Both the position numbers and the translations under genes were made by a program. The notes beneath the pieces were generated by a model, which had not been told where the DNA came from, ran no database searches, and saw nothing but the letters and a program-made list of their open reading frames with translations. From Candidatus Omnitrophota bacterium (lineage in GTDB: Bacteria; Omnitrophota; Gorgyraeia; Zapsychrales; Fredricksoniimonadaceae), in NCBI GenBank assembly GCA_903901225.1, contig CAIUQE010000010.1:17911-81910 (forward strand): 64,000 nt of DNA. Direction: 5' to 3'. Positions 28,405 to 37,855 of the stretch are shown here, in pieces (position 1 is the first letter of the stretch; each line of letters opens with the position of its first letter).

Positions 28405-29100
28405 ATGATTTTGTTCATCAAACACGTGGACATTGAAGGCCCGGAAACACTGGGCGTGAATTTTGAAAAGAGGGGTTTCCCGTTGTCAGTCATAGACTTG
28501 CATCGCGGAACCAAATTGCCCGCGACCCTGAAAGGGGTTGATGCTGTCGTCAGCCTTGGCGGGCCGATGAATGTTTATGAGGAAGAGAAATACCGCTTCC
28601 TGAAGGATGAGGATGCCTTTCTCAAGGCCGTGTTGAAAGAAGATGTCCCGTTCCTGGGGATATGCCTTGGCGCGCAACTCCTGGCGAAAGCTTCCGGCGG
28701 CAGGGTCATCCGTTCACCCCGGGAAGAGATCGGCTGGTTCAACATCGCGTTGACACCACAGGGGGCCAGTGACCCTCTTTTTGCGGGGTTGGGGCCCGTG
28801 ATGGAAGTTTACCAGTGGCACGGGGACATGGCCGTTATCCCCGAGGGCGGCGTGCATTTGGCTTCGTCAGGCTCCTGCCCGGTGCAGGCGTTCCGTGCCG
28901 GGCGCCGCGCGTACGGGTTGCAGTTCCACGCGGAGATCACGGACAAGAGCATCGCGGCCTGGTCCTGCGGTTACGCTCCTTTGCAGGCCGCCGGGCGCAA
29001 GGCCATGCTGGAGCGCTACCAGTCGGTAAAAGATGATTTTATCCGCCGGGGCGAGATCCTCTGTGATAATTTCCTGAACGTCATGAAAGATCATCCATGA
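28405..29100 (+). CDS. Type 1 glutamine amidotransferase
   Basis: LGGPMNVY, LGICLGAQLL, WHGD, QFHAE. Confidence 0.88.
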   Translation: MILFIKHVDIEGPETLGVNFEKRGFPLSVIDLHRGTKLPATLKGVDAVVSLGGPMNVYEEEKYRFLKDEDAFLKAVLKEDVPFLGICLGAQLLAKASGGRVIRSPREEIGWFNIALTPQGASDPLFAGLGPVMEVYQWHGDMAVIPEGGVHLASSGSCPVQAFRAGRRAYGLQFHAEITDKSIAAWSCGYAPLQAAGRKAMLERYQSVKDDFIRRGEILCDNFLNVMKDHP

Positions 29101-30776
29101 AAAATTTCCGCATCGCCCTGGCCCAGATCAACACGACGGTGGGCGACCTTGCCGGCAATCGCGACTGGATCCTCGCGTTCTGTGAGCGGGCGCGCCGCGC
29201 GGGCGCCGCTGTTGTTGCCGTGCCCGAGATGGCGGTGACCGGTTATCCTCCCGAGGACTTGCTTTTCAAGAAACATTTCGTCACCGGGAATATCAACATC
29301 CTCAACGATATTGCCCGGCGCGTGAAAGGCATCACGGCGGTCGTCGGCTTTGTTGACCGGGGTAAAAAGGGTGAATTGTATAATGCCGCGGCCGTGATCG
29401 CCAATGGCCGGGTCGTGGATGTTTACTATAAACACGCTTTGCCCAACTACAGCGTGTTCGACGAGAAAAGATATTTCACGCCGGGCGATGGTTTTCGGAT
29501 ATTGTCCCAGGACGGGGTGCCGTTCGCGGTCAATGTCTGCGAGGATATCTGGGTCGATGACGGCGTGTCCCTGCGGCAGGCCAAGGCCGGTGCCCGCGTT
29601 ATCCTGAATATTTCCAGTTCGCCTTACGAGGTCGGCAAATCCCTTGAACGGGAAAAGACGATCTGCCGCGTCGCCCGGAGCACAAAGACCCACGTCGGTT
29701 ACGTGAACCTTGTCGGGGGCCAGGATGAACTGGTCTTTGACGGGGGGAGCGTTGTCGCGGGGCCGGCGGGCAAGATCCTGGCGCGGGCCGCGCGGTTCGT
29801 GGAAGACCTGCTTGTGTACGATATTCCGCTCATGCCCCGGCGTGTCCACAAAGCGCTGCTCATCAAGTCCGGCGGCCCTGGAGAGGTGCTCCCCGGGGTG
29901 GCCCGGCCCCATGTTAAACCGCTGCCGCTCATTGAAGAGGTTTATGGCGCGACCTTGCTGGGGACGCGCGATTACATCGTCAAGAACGGGTTCAAGAAGG
30001 TCGTGATCGGCCTCAGCGGCGGCATTGACTCCGCTCTCGTCGCGGCCATTGCCTGTGAGGCCGTGGGCAGCGCCAATGTCATCGGGATATCCATGCCGAC
30101 GCGTTTTAACGCCGAGGAGACAAAGTCGGACGCCCGCAGGCTCGCGGCCAACCTTGGCATCCTGTTCTACGAGATCCCGATCGAACCTGTGTTCGATGCT
30201 TTTCTGAATGCGTTCAAGCCTTACGCCGCGGGGTTGCCGTTCGGGCTGGCGGAGGAGAACCTTCAGGCCCGCATTCGCGGGAATTTCCTGATGACATTCT
30301 CCAACAAGTTCGGCTGGCTTGTTCTGACGACGGGCAACAAGAGTGAAATGGCGACCGGCTACTGCACGCTCTATGGTGATATGTCGGGCGGTTACGCGGT
30401 GATCAAGGATATCCTCAAGACGCGGGTCTATGAACTGTCCGCATACGTCAACCGCAAGGCGGGCCGTGATGTCATCCCCCAGGCGATCATAAAACGGGCG
30501 CCGTCGGCGGAGTTGCGCTTCAACCAGAAGGACCAGGATTCCCTGCCGCCGTATGACGTGCTAGACGAGGTTCTCGTTGGATATGTGGAAGAGCACCGTT
30601 CTCCCGAAGAGATGGCCGGCCGGCGCGCTTCCCGGGAGGTCATCCGGCGGGTGATGGACCTTGTTGACAAGAGCGAATATAAGCGCCGCCAGGCGCCTCC
30701 GGGCGTCAAGATCAGCAAGCGCGCGTTCGGCAAGGACTGGCGCCTGCCGCTGACCAACCGGTATAAGGCAGCCTGA
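29097..30776 (+). CDS. nadE: Glutamine-dependent NAD+ synthetase
   Basis: CN-hydrolase domain (TGYPPEDL, LPNYSVFDEKRYF, CEDIW) plus SGGIDS, ENLQARIR, TGNKSE, YCTLYGD, PSAEL. Confidence 0.95.
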   Translation: MKNFRIALAQINTTVGDLAGNRDWILAFCERARRAGAAVVAVPEMAVTGYPPEDLLFKKHFVTGNINILNDIARRVKGITAVVGFVDRGKKGELYNAAAVIANGRVVDVYYKHALPNYSVFDEKRYFTPGDGFRILSQDGVPFAVNVCEDIWVDDGVSLRQAKAGARVILNISSSPYEVGKSLEREKTICRVARSTKTHVGYVNLVGGQDELVFDGGSVVAGPAGKILARAARFVEDLLVYDIPLMPRRVHKALLIKSGGPGEVLPGVARPHVKPLPLIEEVYGATLLGTRDYIVKNGFKKVVIGLSGGIDSALVAAIACEAVGSANVIGISMPTRFNAEETKSDARRLAANLGILFYEIPIEPVFDAFLNAFKPYAAGLPFGLAEENLQARIRGNFLMTFSNKFGWLVLTTGNKSEMATGYCTLYGDMSGGYAVIKDILKTRVYELSAYVNRKAGRDVIPQAIIKRAPSAELRFNQKDQDSLPPYDVLDEVLVGYVEEHRSPEEMAGRRASREVIRRVMDLVDKSEYKRRQAPPGVKISKRAFGKDWRLPLTNRYKAA

Positions 30777-30781
30777 CCCTC

Positions 30782-31474
30782 ATGAAACTTTCCGTATTGA
30801 TACCGGTTTATAACGAGGCCGCGACCATTGCCACGGTGATCAAGGCGGTGCGTGCCGTTGTCCTGCCTGCGGGCATGACGCGCGAGATCGTTGTGGTCAA
30901 CGACGGCTCGACCGACGCGACCGCGCGGGAGCTGGAAAAATTCTACGGCGATCCTCTGGTGCGGATATTCCACCAGCCCTCCAACAGGGGGAAGGCGGAC
31001 GCGCTGCGGCGCGCCATCCGTGAGGCGAGCGGTGACCTTCTGCTGGTGCAGGACGCGGACCTCGAGTATGACCCGTCGGAATATCCGAAACTGCTGGCGC
31101 CGCTCCTGGCGGGGAAAGCGGATGTTGTCTATGGTTCGCGCTTTCTGGGCGTCATCCGCCGCATGGAGGGCATCAACCGCTGGGCGAATGAGGTCTCCAA
31201 CGCCACCTTTCGCCTGCTGTACGGCCAGAAGTTCACGGACATCAACACCTGTTTCAAGCTTTTTCGCGCCGCGGACATCAAGGGCATGACCATTATTTCG
31301 GACCATTTTGCGTTTGAGACCGAGGTCACCGCGAAACTTGTCCGGGGGGGATCGCGCATCCTGGAAGTCCCCATTGCCTATGAGGCGCGTTCCGTGGCGC
31401 AGGGCAAGAAGATCAACTGGATCCGAGCGCTGGCGATGTACGGAGCGATCATCCGGTTCCGTTTTCAGAGGTAG
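30782..31474 (+). CDS. GT2 glycosyltransferase, polyprenol-phosphate (DPM1-like)
   Basis: IPVYNE, NDGSTD, QDADLEYDP, VYGSRF, DINTCFKLF. Confidence 0.9.
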   Translation: MKLSVLIPVYNEAATIATVIKAVRAVVLPAGMTREIVVVNDGSTDATARELEKFYGDPLVRIFHQPSNRGKADALRRAIREASGDLLLVQDADLEYDPSEYPKLLAPLLAGKADVVYGSRFLGVIRRMEGINRWANEVSNATFRLLYGQKFTDINTCFKLFRAADIKGMTIISDHFAFETEVTAKLVRGGSRILEVPIAYEARSVAQGKKINWIRALAMYGAIIRFRFQR

Positions 31475-31478
31475 CCCT

Positions 31479-33191
31479 ATGCGGCGCGAGGCGCGGGACC
31501 TGTTGATATTGCTGGCCATCCCTTCGATCGTCCTCCTGTGCGCGGTCCTTCTCGGAGCTTCCGCGGGCCCGTACTGGCTCGGGCCAAATTACGACGCGGC
31601 GTACCAGTACCTGATGAACGGGTTGTATCTTGTCAAAGGATTCCCGCCGACCCATGTGGACCATCCGGGAACGCCGGTCCAGATGCTTTGCGCGCTGGTC
31701 ATCGGGGTGTTCAATATCGGGCGTCCGGCCGCCGGGACCGTTGACCGGGTCCTCATCGCGCCGGAATTTTATCTGCACGCGGTCTTTGCCGTCCTGGTCA
31801 TCCTCAGTTTTTTGACATCCGTTCTCCTCGCGGCCTATGTGTATCGCCGGACCCGGAATAAGTTGGCCGCGTTACTGGTCCAGTTGCCGGCGCTGGGTTT
31901 CCTGGTGCTGCCGGCAGGATCGACGTCCGCCCCGATCATTCCCGTCGCTGTCCATGTGACGCCCGAGCCCTGCCTTATTGTTGCCATGAACCTTTTCAAT
32001 TACGCGCTCCTGAGGGCGTTCTTTGCCGCGACGCCGTCGGAGATGACCCTCGCCATGGCCGTGTGGGGTGTTGTGTGCGGCCTGGCGGCCGCGGTGAAAC
32101 TGACGTTCCTGCCGCTCATGGTGGTCCCCTTGATCGTCCTGGGCTGGAGGGACAAAATATTGTTCCTCGTTGTCAGCGTTGGGGCGTTTTTGGTGTGGAC
32201 CATCCCGATCTTCAGCCGGTATCCTTATTTGTGGCAATGGGCTTCGGGTATCCTGACCCACACGGGGATCCATGGGGCCGGCGGCGCCGGATTCATTGAC
32301 CTGAAAAGTTTCTTCATGAATTTTCTTGTCATCGCGCGGCAGCAGGGGGCCGTTGTATTCCTTGCGCTGGCGGGGCTTGGCTGGGCCGCGGCCCGCGCGA
32401 TCGGGCGCAAGGCCGACAGGGCCACATTTTTCCTCGCGGCCACAGCGTGCGGGATCCTGTTGCAATTCATGGCGGTGGCCAAACATCCGGGAGTGCATTA
32501 TCTGGTCCCCGGCCTGGGCTTGAGCGGCGCTTTCTTTGTTTTTCTATATCTCCAGCGCCCGTTGCCGGCCCGCTGGAAAAAGGTGCTGGCCGGAGCCATA
32601 TTCATCACGGTCGCCGCGGGAACAGCGCAGGCCCTGGTCTACCGCACGCAACTGGAGGGGTATACCAGGGATGTGATGGCCTTTCACGCGCGGGTCCGGG
32701 AGAAATACAACGCGTGCGTGGTGATCCCCTATTACGGCGCTTCGGGCCAGGATGTGGCCCTTTCTTTCGGCGACGGGTCTTACATGGTCCCCCGTTTTGC
32801 CGCGGAGATGGCGCGGCTTTATCCGGACAGTATTTTCCTGCATCTGTGGAGTGCCCGGATCATGGCGTTCGATTTCAAAGCAAGGCTATGGTCGGATGAC
32901 CTCCTGGCGCAGTCACGCTGTGTCGTTCTCGACGGGATCGACTATGATTTCAGTCCGTGGCCCCTGCAGGTGCAGGCGCTGGAGAAGGGGCCGTCCGAGA
33001 GCCTTTATCGCGTGACGGGCACGTTGGAACAACAGGCGGCCATCGCTTTTTCTTCAGCGTCCCGGGCGCTGCAGGCCGGGGATGGCGCCAGGGCCCTCGA
33101 GTTCGCGGCCCAGGCCCGGCAGCTCCATTTCCAGCCTGCCGTGGCGCTGGAACGGCTCACGCGACAGGCGCTGGCAGTGGCCCGGCCCTGA
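31479..33191 (+). CDS. Polytopic membrane protein, putative GT-C glycosyltransferase
   Basis: Many hydrophobic segments; first-loop NYDAAYQYL and DHPGTP; VKLTF; follows GT2 by 4 nt. Confidence 0.55.
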   Translation: MRREARDLLILLAIPSIVLLCAVLLGASAGPYWLGPNYDAAYQYLMNGLYLVKGFPPTHVDHPGTPVQMLCALVIGVFNIGRPAAGTVDRVLIAPEFYLHAVFAVLVILSFLTSVLLAAYVYRRTRNKLAALLVQLPALGFLVLPAGSTSAPIIPVAVHVTPEPCLIVAMNLFNYALLRAFFAATPSEMTLAMAVWGVVCGLAAAVKLTFLPLMVVPLIVLGWRDKILFLVVSVGAFLVWTIPIFSRYPYLWQWASGILTHTGIHGAGGAGFIDLKSFFMNFLVIARQQGAVVFLALAGLGWAAARAIGRKADRATFFLAATACGILLQFMAVAKHPGVHYLVPGLGLSGAFFVFLYLQRPLPARWKKVLAGAIFITVAAGTAQALVYRTQLEGYTRDVMAFHARVREKYNACVVIPYYGASGQDVALSFGDGSYMVPRFAAEMARLYPDSIFLHLWSARIMAFDFKARLWSDDLLAQSRCVVLDGIDYDFSPWPLQVQALEKGPSESLYRVTGTLEQQAAIAFSSASRALQAGDGARALEFAAQARQLHFQPAVALERLTRQALAVARP

Positions 33192-33226
33192 CGCACGGGC
33201 AAGGGCGGTGTTGTCGAATTTTGGAC

Positions 33227-33255
33227 TGGACATATAAAAGTTTTATAGCTAAAAT
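33227..33255 (+). promoter_or_regulatory. gltB promoter with palindromic operator in the spacer
   Basis: TGGACA, 17 nt, TAAAAT; spacer contains TATAAAAGTTTTATA. Confidence 0.6.
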
Positions 33256-33299
33256 ACCGCTTCTTTTTAATAGCGTTAAATTAATTCCCGAGAGGCTTG

Positions 33300-36200
33300 A
33301 TGAACATGGGTTTGCCATCCAAACAGGGCCTGTATGATCCGCAGTTCGAACACGACGCCTGCGGTGTGGGTTTCGTGGTCGATATCAAGGGCCGCAAGAC
33401 GCACGCGATCGTCCGCCAGGGGGTCAAGATCCTTGAGAACCTGACCCATCGCGGGGCGTGCGGCAGCGATCCTTTCACCGGCGACGGTGCCGGGATCATC
33501 GTCCAGATGCCCGACAAGTTCCTGCGCAAGGAGTGCGCGCTGCAGGACATTGAACTGCCTCCGGCCGGGGAGTATGGCTGCGGGATCGTTTTCCTGCCCA
33601 CCATCCACCAGGAATGTAACCAGATCGAGGCCTGGACCGAGCATATCATCCATGAAGAAGGTCAGGAGTTCATCGGCTGGCGCGAGGTGCCGCATGACCT
33701 TACCCGCATCGGGCACGTGGCGCGTTCCGTCGCGCCCGGGTTCAAGCAGCTGTTCATCGGCCGCGGCAAAGGGACGACCGCGGAAGGTTTTGAGCGCAAA
33801 CTTCACGTCATCCGCAAGCGGCTTTACAACAAGGTCCAGGAATCGCGCCTGAGCCAGAAGAGCTTTTATTATTTTTGCAGCCTTTCGTCGAAGACCATGG
33901 TCTACAAGGGCCAGCTCATGGCCGAACAGGTGGACGCGTTCTTCAAGGACCTGGCCGACCCTGATTTCATTTCCGCGCTGGCGTTGGTCCATTCCCGTTA
34001 CAGCACCAACACGTTCCCGACCTGGGCTCTGGCGCATCCCTACAGGATGCTGGCGCACAACGGCGAGATCAATACCCTGCGCGGCAACATCAACTGGATG
34101 CGCGCGCGCGAAAAACAGTTCATCAGCGAGGCATTCGGCGAAGATATCAAGAAGGTTCTGCCTATCGTCGAGCCTTTCGGCAGCGATTCGGCGACATTTG
34201 ACAATGCCCTCGAGTTCCTGGTGCTGGCGGGGCGGCCCCTGCCGCACGCCGTCATGATGATGGTCCCCGAGGCCTGGGTCGGGCATGAGGATATGCCCCA
34301 GCTAAAGAAGGATTTTTACGAATATCACGCGACCATGATGGAGCCGTGGGACGGCCCCGCGTGCATCGCGTTCACGGACGGGCGTTATGTCGGCGCGGTG
34401 CTGGACCGTAACGGCCTGCGGCCGTCGCGCTACACCCTGACCAAGGACGGGCTTGTGATCCTCGCGTCCGAGACCGGTGTTCTGCCTGTTGAGCCTGAGC
34501 GCGTGGCAAAAAAATGGCGCCTGGAGCCAGGCAAGATGTTCTTGATCGACACGCTTGAAGGCCGTATCATCGACGACAAGGAGATCAAGGACCTTTACGC
34601 CGGCAAGCAGCCTTACGGCCAGTGGCTTAAGGAGAATATTGTCAGCCTCGACGACCTGCCTGCGCCCAAAGAGGTCCACGGGCTGAACGAAAAGACGCTC
34701 GTGGAGCGCCAGCGCGTGTTCGGTTATACCCAGGAAGACCTCAAGATCGTCCTCAAGCCCATGGTGGAGAACGGCGAGGAGGCCACAGGGTCCATGGGCG
34801 CGGACAATCCCATCGCGGTCCTGTCGCAGCGGCCCCAGCTTTTGTATAACTATTTCCAGCAGTTGTTCGCCCAGGTCACCAACCCGCCGGTCGACGCGAT
34901 CCGCGAGGAAGTCATCATGGCGGAGAACGTGTACCTTGGCTCCGAGGGGAACATCCTGACGGAGGTTCCCGGGCACGCGCGGCGTCTGCGCCTGGCGCGG
35001 CCGATCCTGACCAACAGGGAATTTGAACAGGTGGCGCACGTGCAGCGCCCTCACCTGAAAGCCGCGGCCCTGCCGATCATTTTCAGGAAAGCCGACGGCC
35101 CCGATACCCTCGAAAAGGCCCTGGAAGAACTGTACGCGCGCGCCGATAAGGCTGTTGCCGAAGGTTACAATATCCTGATCCTGTCCGACCGCAAGGCCTC
35201 GGAAAAGGATGTGCCCATGCCCGCGCTGCTGGCCTGCGCGGGGCTGCACCATCATCTGATCCGCGGCGGTACGCGCACGCAGGTGTCCCTTGTCATCGAG
35301 ACGGGAGAGGCGCGCGAGATGCATCACTTTGCCGTGCTCATCGGTTATGGCGCCAACGCGATCAATCCTTACCTGGCGTTCGAGACCATCGAGAGCGAGC
35401 TGAAAAAAGGGAATTATCCCCCGGAACTTGACCTCGAGCACGCGACCAAGAACTACATCAAGTCCATCCGCAAAGGGCTTTTCAAGGTCATTTCCAAGAT
35501 GGGGATATCGACGATCCAGTCCTATTGCGGGGCGCAGATCTTCGAGGCGGTCGGCCTTGGCGAGGAGCTTGTCGCGAAATATTTTACGTCCACGCCGTCG
35601 CGCATCGGCGGCATTGACCTGAAGACAGTGGCCGAAGAGACCCTGCGCCGGCACGCGCTGGCGTATCCGGCCATAGCGCACGCCAACGGAGTTCTCGATG
35701 AGGGCGGCTGGTATTACTGGCGCAAGGATGGCGAGTTCCACCAGATCAACCCGGAAGTGGTCGCGACCCTGCAGCACGCGGTGCGCACCGGCGATTACCA
35801 GTTGTACAAAAAATACGCCCGGCTTGTCAATGACAACGACAAGGCGGTGGCGAATATCCGCGGTCTCATGAAGTTCCGCAAGGGCCATCCGGTGCTGCTC
35901 GCCGATGTCGAGCCGGTAGACGAGATCGTCAAACGTTTCGCGACGGGCGCCATGAGCTATGGCTCTATTTCCAAGGAAGCGCACGAGACGTTGGGCATCG
36001 CCATGAACCGCCTCGGGGCTTTTTCCAACACGGGCGAGGGTGGCGAAGACCCCGCGCGTTTCAAGCTCGATGCCAACGGCGACAGCCGCCGCAGCCGCAT
36101 CAAGCAGGTGGCGCAGGGCCGTTTCGGCGTCAATATTGAATACCTTGTCAACGCGGACCAGCTGCAGATCAAGATGGCGCAGGGCGCCAAGCCCGGTGAG

Positions 36201-37841
36201 GGCGGGCAGCTGCCCGGGCACAAGGTCACCCGTGAGATCGCCACGACCCGCGGCACGACCCCCGGCGTCCAGCTTATTTCGCCGCCGCCGCACCATGATA
36301 TTTATTCGATCGAGGACCTGGCGCAACTGATCCATGACCTGAAGAACGCCAATCCGAAAGCGGATGTGAGCGTCAAGCTCGTCGCGGAGATCGGCGTCGG
36401 CACCGTTGCCGCCGGCGTGTCCAAGGGCAAGGCTGACCATGTTCTCATTTCCGGTTACGAAGGCGGTACGGGCGCCTCACCGCAGACCTCGATCAAGCAT
36501 GCCGGGCTGCCGATGGAACTCGGGTTGGCCGAGGCCCAGCAGGTGCTGGTGATGAACGACCTGCGCGGGCGCATCCGCGTGCAGACCGATGGCACGCTGA
36601 AGACCGGGAGGGACGTGGTCCTGACCGCCATGCTGGGCGCCGACGAGTTCGGATTTTCGACCATCGCCCTCGTGACCATGGGGTGCGTGATGCTGCGCAA
36701 ATGCCACCTTGACGCCTGTTCCGTCGGCATTGCCACCCAGGACCCCCGCCTGCGCGCGAATTTCCGCGGGCGTCCGGAACATGTGGTCAATTTCTTCAGG
36801 TTCGTTGCCGAAGAGGTCCGCGAGCTCATGGCGGAACTCGGGTTCAGGAAATTCGACGAGATGATCGGCCGGGTCGACATGCTCCAGGCCAGGGATGTGA
36901 TCGACCACTGGAAGCTGAAGGGGATCGACCTGACCAATATCCTGCACAAGCCCGATGTGCCATGGCACGTCCCCGTTTACCATTGCCTCAAGCAGGAACA
37001 CGGGCTTGAAAAGGCCCTGGACAACCATTTGATCGAAAAAAGCAGGGACGCGATCGAACGCCAGGTCCCTGTCGCTTTCACGTGCGAGGTGAAGAACACG
37101 AATCGTACCGTGGGCACGATGTTAAGCTCGACCATCGCGCGCAAATACGGGATGGCGGGGCTGCCTGAGGTCGCGGCGCGGGAGGGCGGCGTTCCGGCGA
37201 CCATCCATGTCACGTTCAATGGTTCGGCGGGGCAAAGCTTTGCGGCGTTCCTTTCCCGGGGGGTGACCTTCGAGCTTGAGGGCGACGCGAATGATTATGT
37301 CGGCAAGGGCCTTTCCGGTGGACGGGTGATCGTTTATCCACCCCGGAGTTCTTCCATTGTGGCCGAAGAGAACATCCTGGTCGGCAATGTTGTGCTTTAC
37401 GGCGGCATTGGCGGCGAAGCCTTCTTCCGCGGCGTGGCCGGCGAGCGTTTCGCGGTGCGCAATTCCGGGGTCCACGCGGTCGTTGAAGGGGTCGGTGACC
37501 ATGGTTGCGAATACATGACCGGAGGGCGCGTGGTTGTTATTGGCCCGACGGGCAGGAATTTCGCGGCGGGGATGTCGGGCGGGCTGGCCTATGTCTGGGA
37601 TAAAGACAAGACTTTCGCCGGGCGCTGTAATACGGGCATGGTCGATATTTTCCCGGTCAATGAGACGGCTGATATTGAAGAGCTCAAGGGCCTGGTCGAA
37701 CGTCACGCGCGCTACACCAACAGCGCCGTGGCGCGCGACATTCTGGCCCGCTGGCAGGATGTCCTGCCGCAGTTCGTGAAAATTTTCCCGCGCGAGTACC
37801 GTCGCGTTCTTCTTGCGGCCAGCGCGCCGTCCAAAGGTTAA
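33300..37841 (+). CDS. gltB: Glutamate synthase large subunit
   Basis: EHDACGVGF, HSRYSTNT, HNGEINT, EPWDGPA, QGAKPGEGGQLPG, PPPHHDIYS, GERFAVRNSG. Confidence 0.97.
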   Translation: MNMGLPSKQGLYDPQFEHDACGVGFVVDIKGRKTHAIVRQGVKILENLTHRGACGSDPFTGDGAGIIVQMPDKFLRKECALQDIELPPAGEYGCGIVFLPTIHQECNQIEAWTEHIIHEEGQEFIGWREVPHDLTRIGHVARSVAPGFKQLFIGRGKGTTAEGFERKLHVIRKRLYNKVQESRLSQKSFYYFCSLSSKTMVYKGQLMAEQVDAFFKDLADPDFISALALVHSRYSTNTFPTWALAHPYRMLAHNGEINTLRGNINWMRAREKQFISEAFGEDIKKVLPIVEPFGSDSATFDNALEFLVLAGRPLPHAVMMMVPEAWVGHEDMPQLKKDFYEYHATMMEPWDGPACIAFTDGRYVGAVLDRNGLRPSRYTLTKDGLVILASETGVLPVEPERVAKKWRLEPGKMFLIDTLEGRIIDDKEIKDLYAGKQPYGQWLKENIVSLDDLPAPKEVHGLNEKTLVERQRVFGYTQEDLKIVLKPMVENGEEATGSMGADNPIAVLSQRPQLLYNYFQQLFAQVTNPPVDAIREEVIMAENVYLGSEGNILTEVPGHARRLRLARPILTNREFEQVAHVQRPHLKAAALPIIFRKADGPDTLEKALEELYARADKAVAEGYNILILSDRKASEKDVPMPALLACAGLHHHLIRGGTRTQVSLVIETGEAREMHHFAVLIGYGANAINPYLAFETIESELKKGNYPPELDLEHATKNYIKSIRKGLFKVISKMGISTIQSYCGAQIFEAVGLGEELVAKYFTSTPSRIGGIDLKTVAEETLRRHALAYPAIAHANGVLDEGGWYYWRKDGEFHQINPEVVATLQHAVRTGDYQLYKKYARLVNDNDKAVANIRGLMKFRKGHPVLLADVEPVDEIVKRFATGAMSYGSISKEAHETLGIAMNRLGAFSNTGEGGEDPARFKLDANGDSRRSRIKQVAQGRFGVNIEYLVNADQLQIKMAQGAKPGEGGQLPGHKVTREIATTRGTTPGVQLISPPPHHDIYSIEDLAQLIHDLKNANPKADVSVKLVAEIGVGTVAAGVSKGKADHVLISGYEGGTGASPQTSIKHAGLPMELGLAEAQQVLVMNDLRGRIRVQTDGTLKTGRDVVLTAMLGADEFGFSTIALVTMGCVMLRKCHLDACSVGIATQDPRLRANFRGRPEHVVNFFRFVAEEVRELMAELGFRKFDEMIGRVDMLQARDVIDHWKLKGIDLTNILHKPDVPWHVPVYHCLKQEHGLEKALDNHLIEKSRDAIERQVPVAFTCEVKNTNRTVGTMLSSTIARKYGMAGLPEVAAREGGVPATIHVTFNGSAGQSFAAFLSRGVTFELEGDANDYVGKGLSGGRVIVYPPRSSSIVAEENILVGNVVLYGGIGGEAFFRGVAGERFAVRNSGVHAVVEGVGDHGCEYMTGGRVVVIGPTGRNFAAGMSGGLAYVWDKDKTFAGRCNTGMVDIFPVNETADIEELKGLVERHARYTNSAVARDILARWQDVLPQFVKIFPREYRRVLLAASAPSKG

Positions 37842-37855
37842 AAGGTCCGTGACAT

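Noticed and set aside
33195-33212. Possible ANTAR loop C-AAGGGC-G upstream of gltB
   Set aside because: No supporting stem, lies upstream of the predicted promoter, and no overlapping terminator
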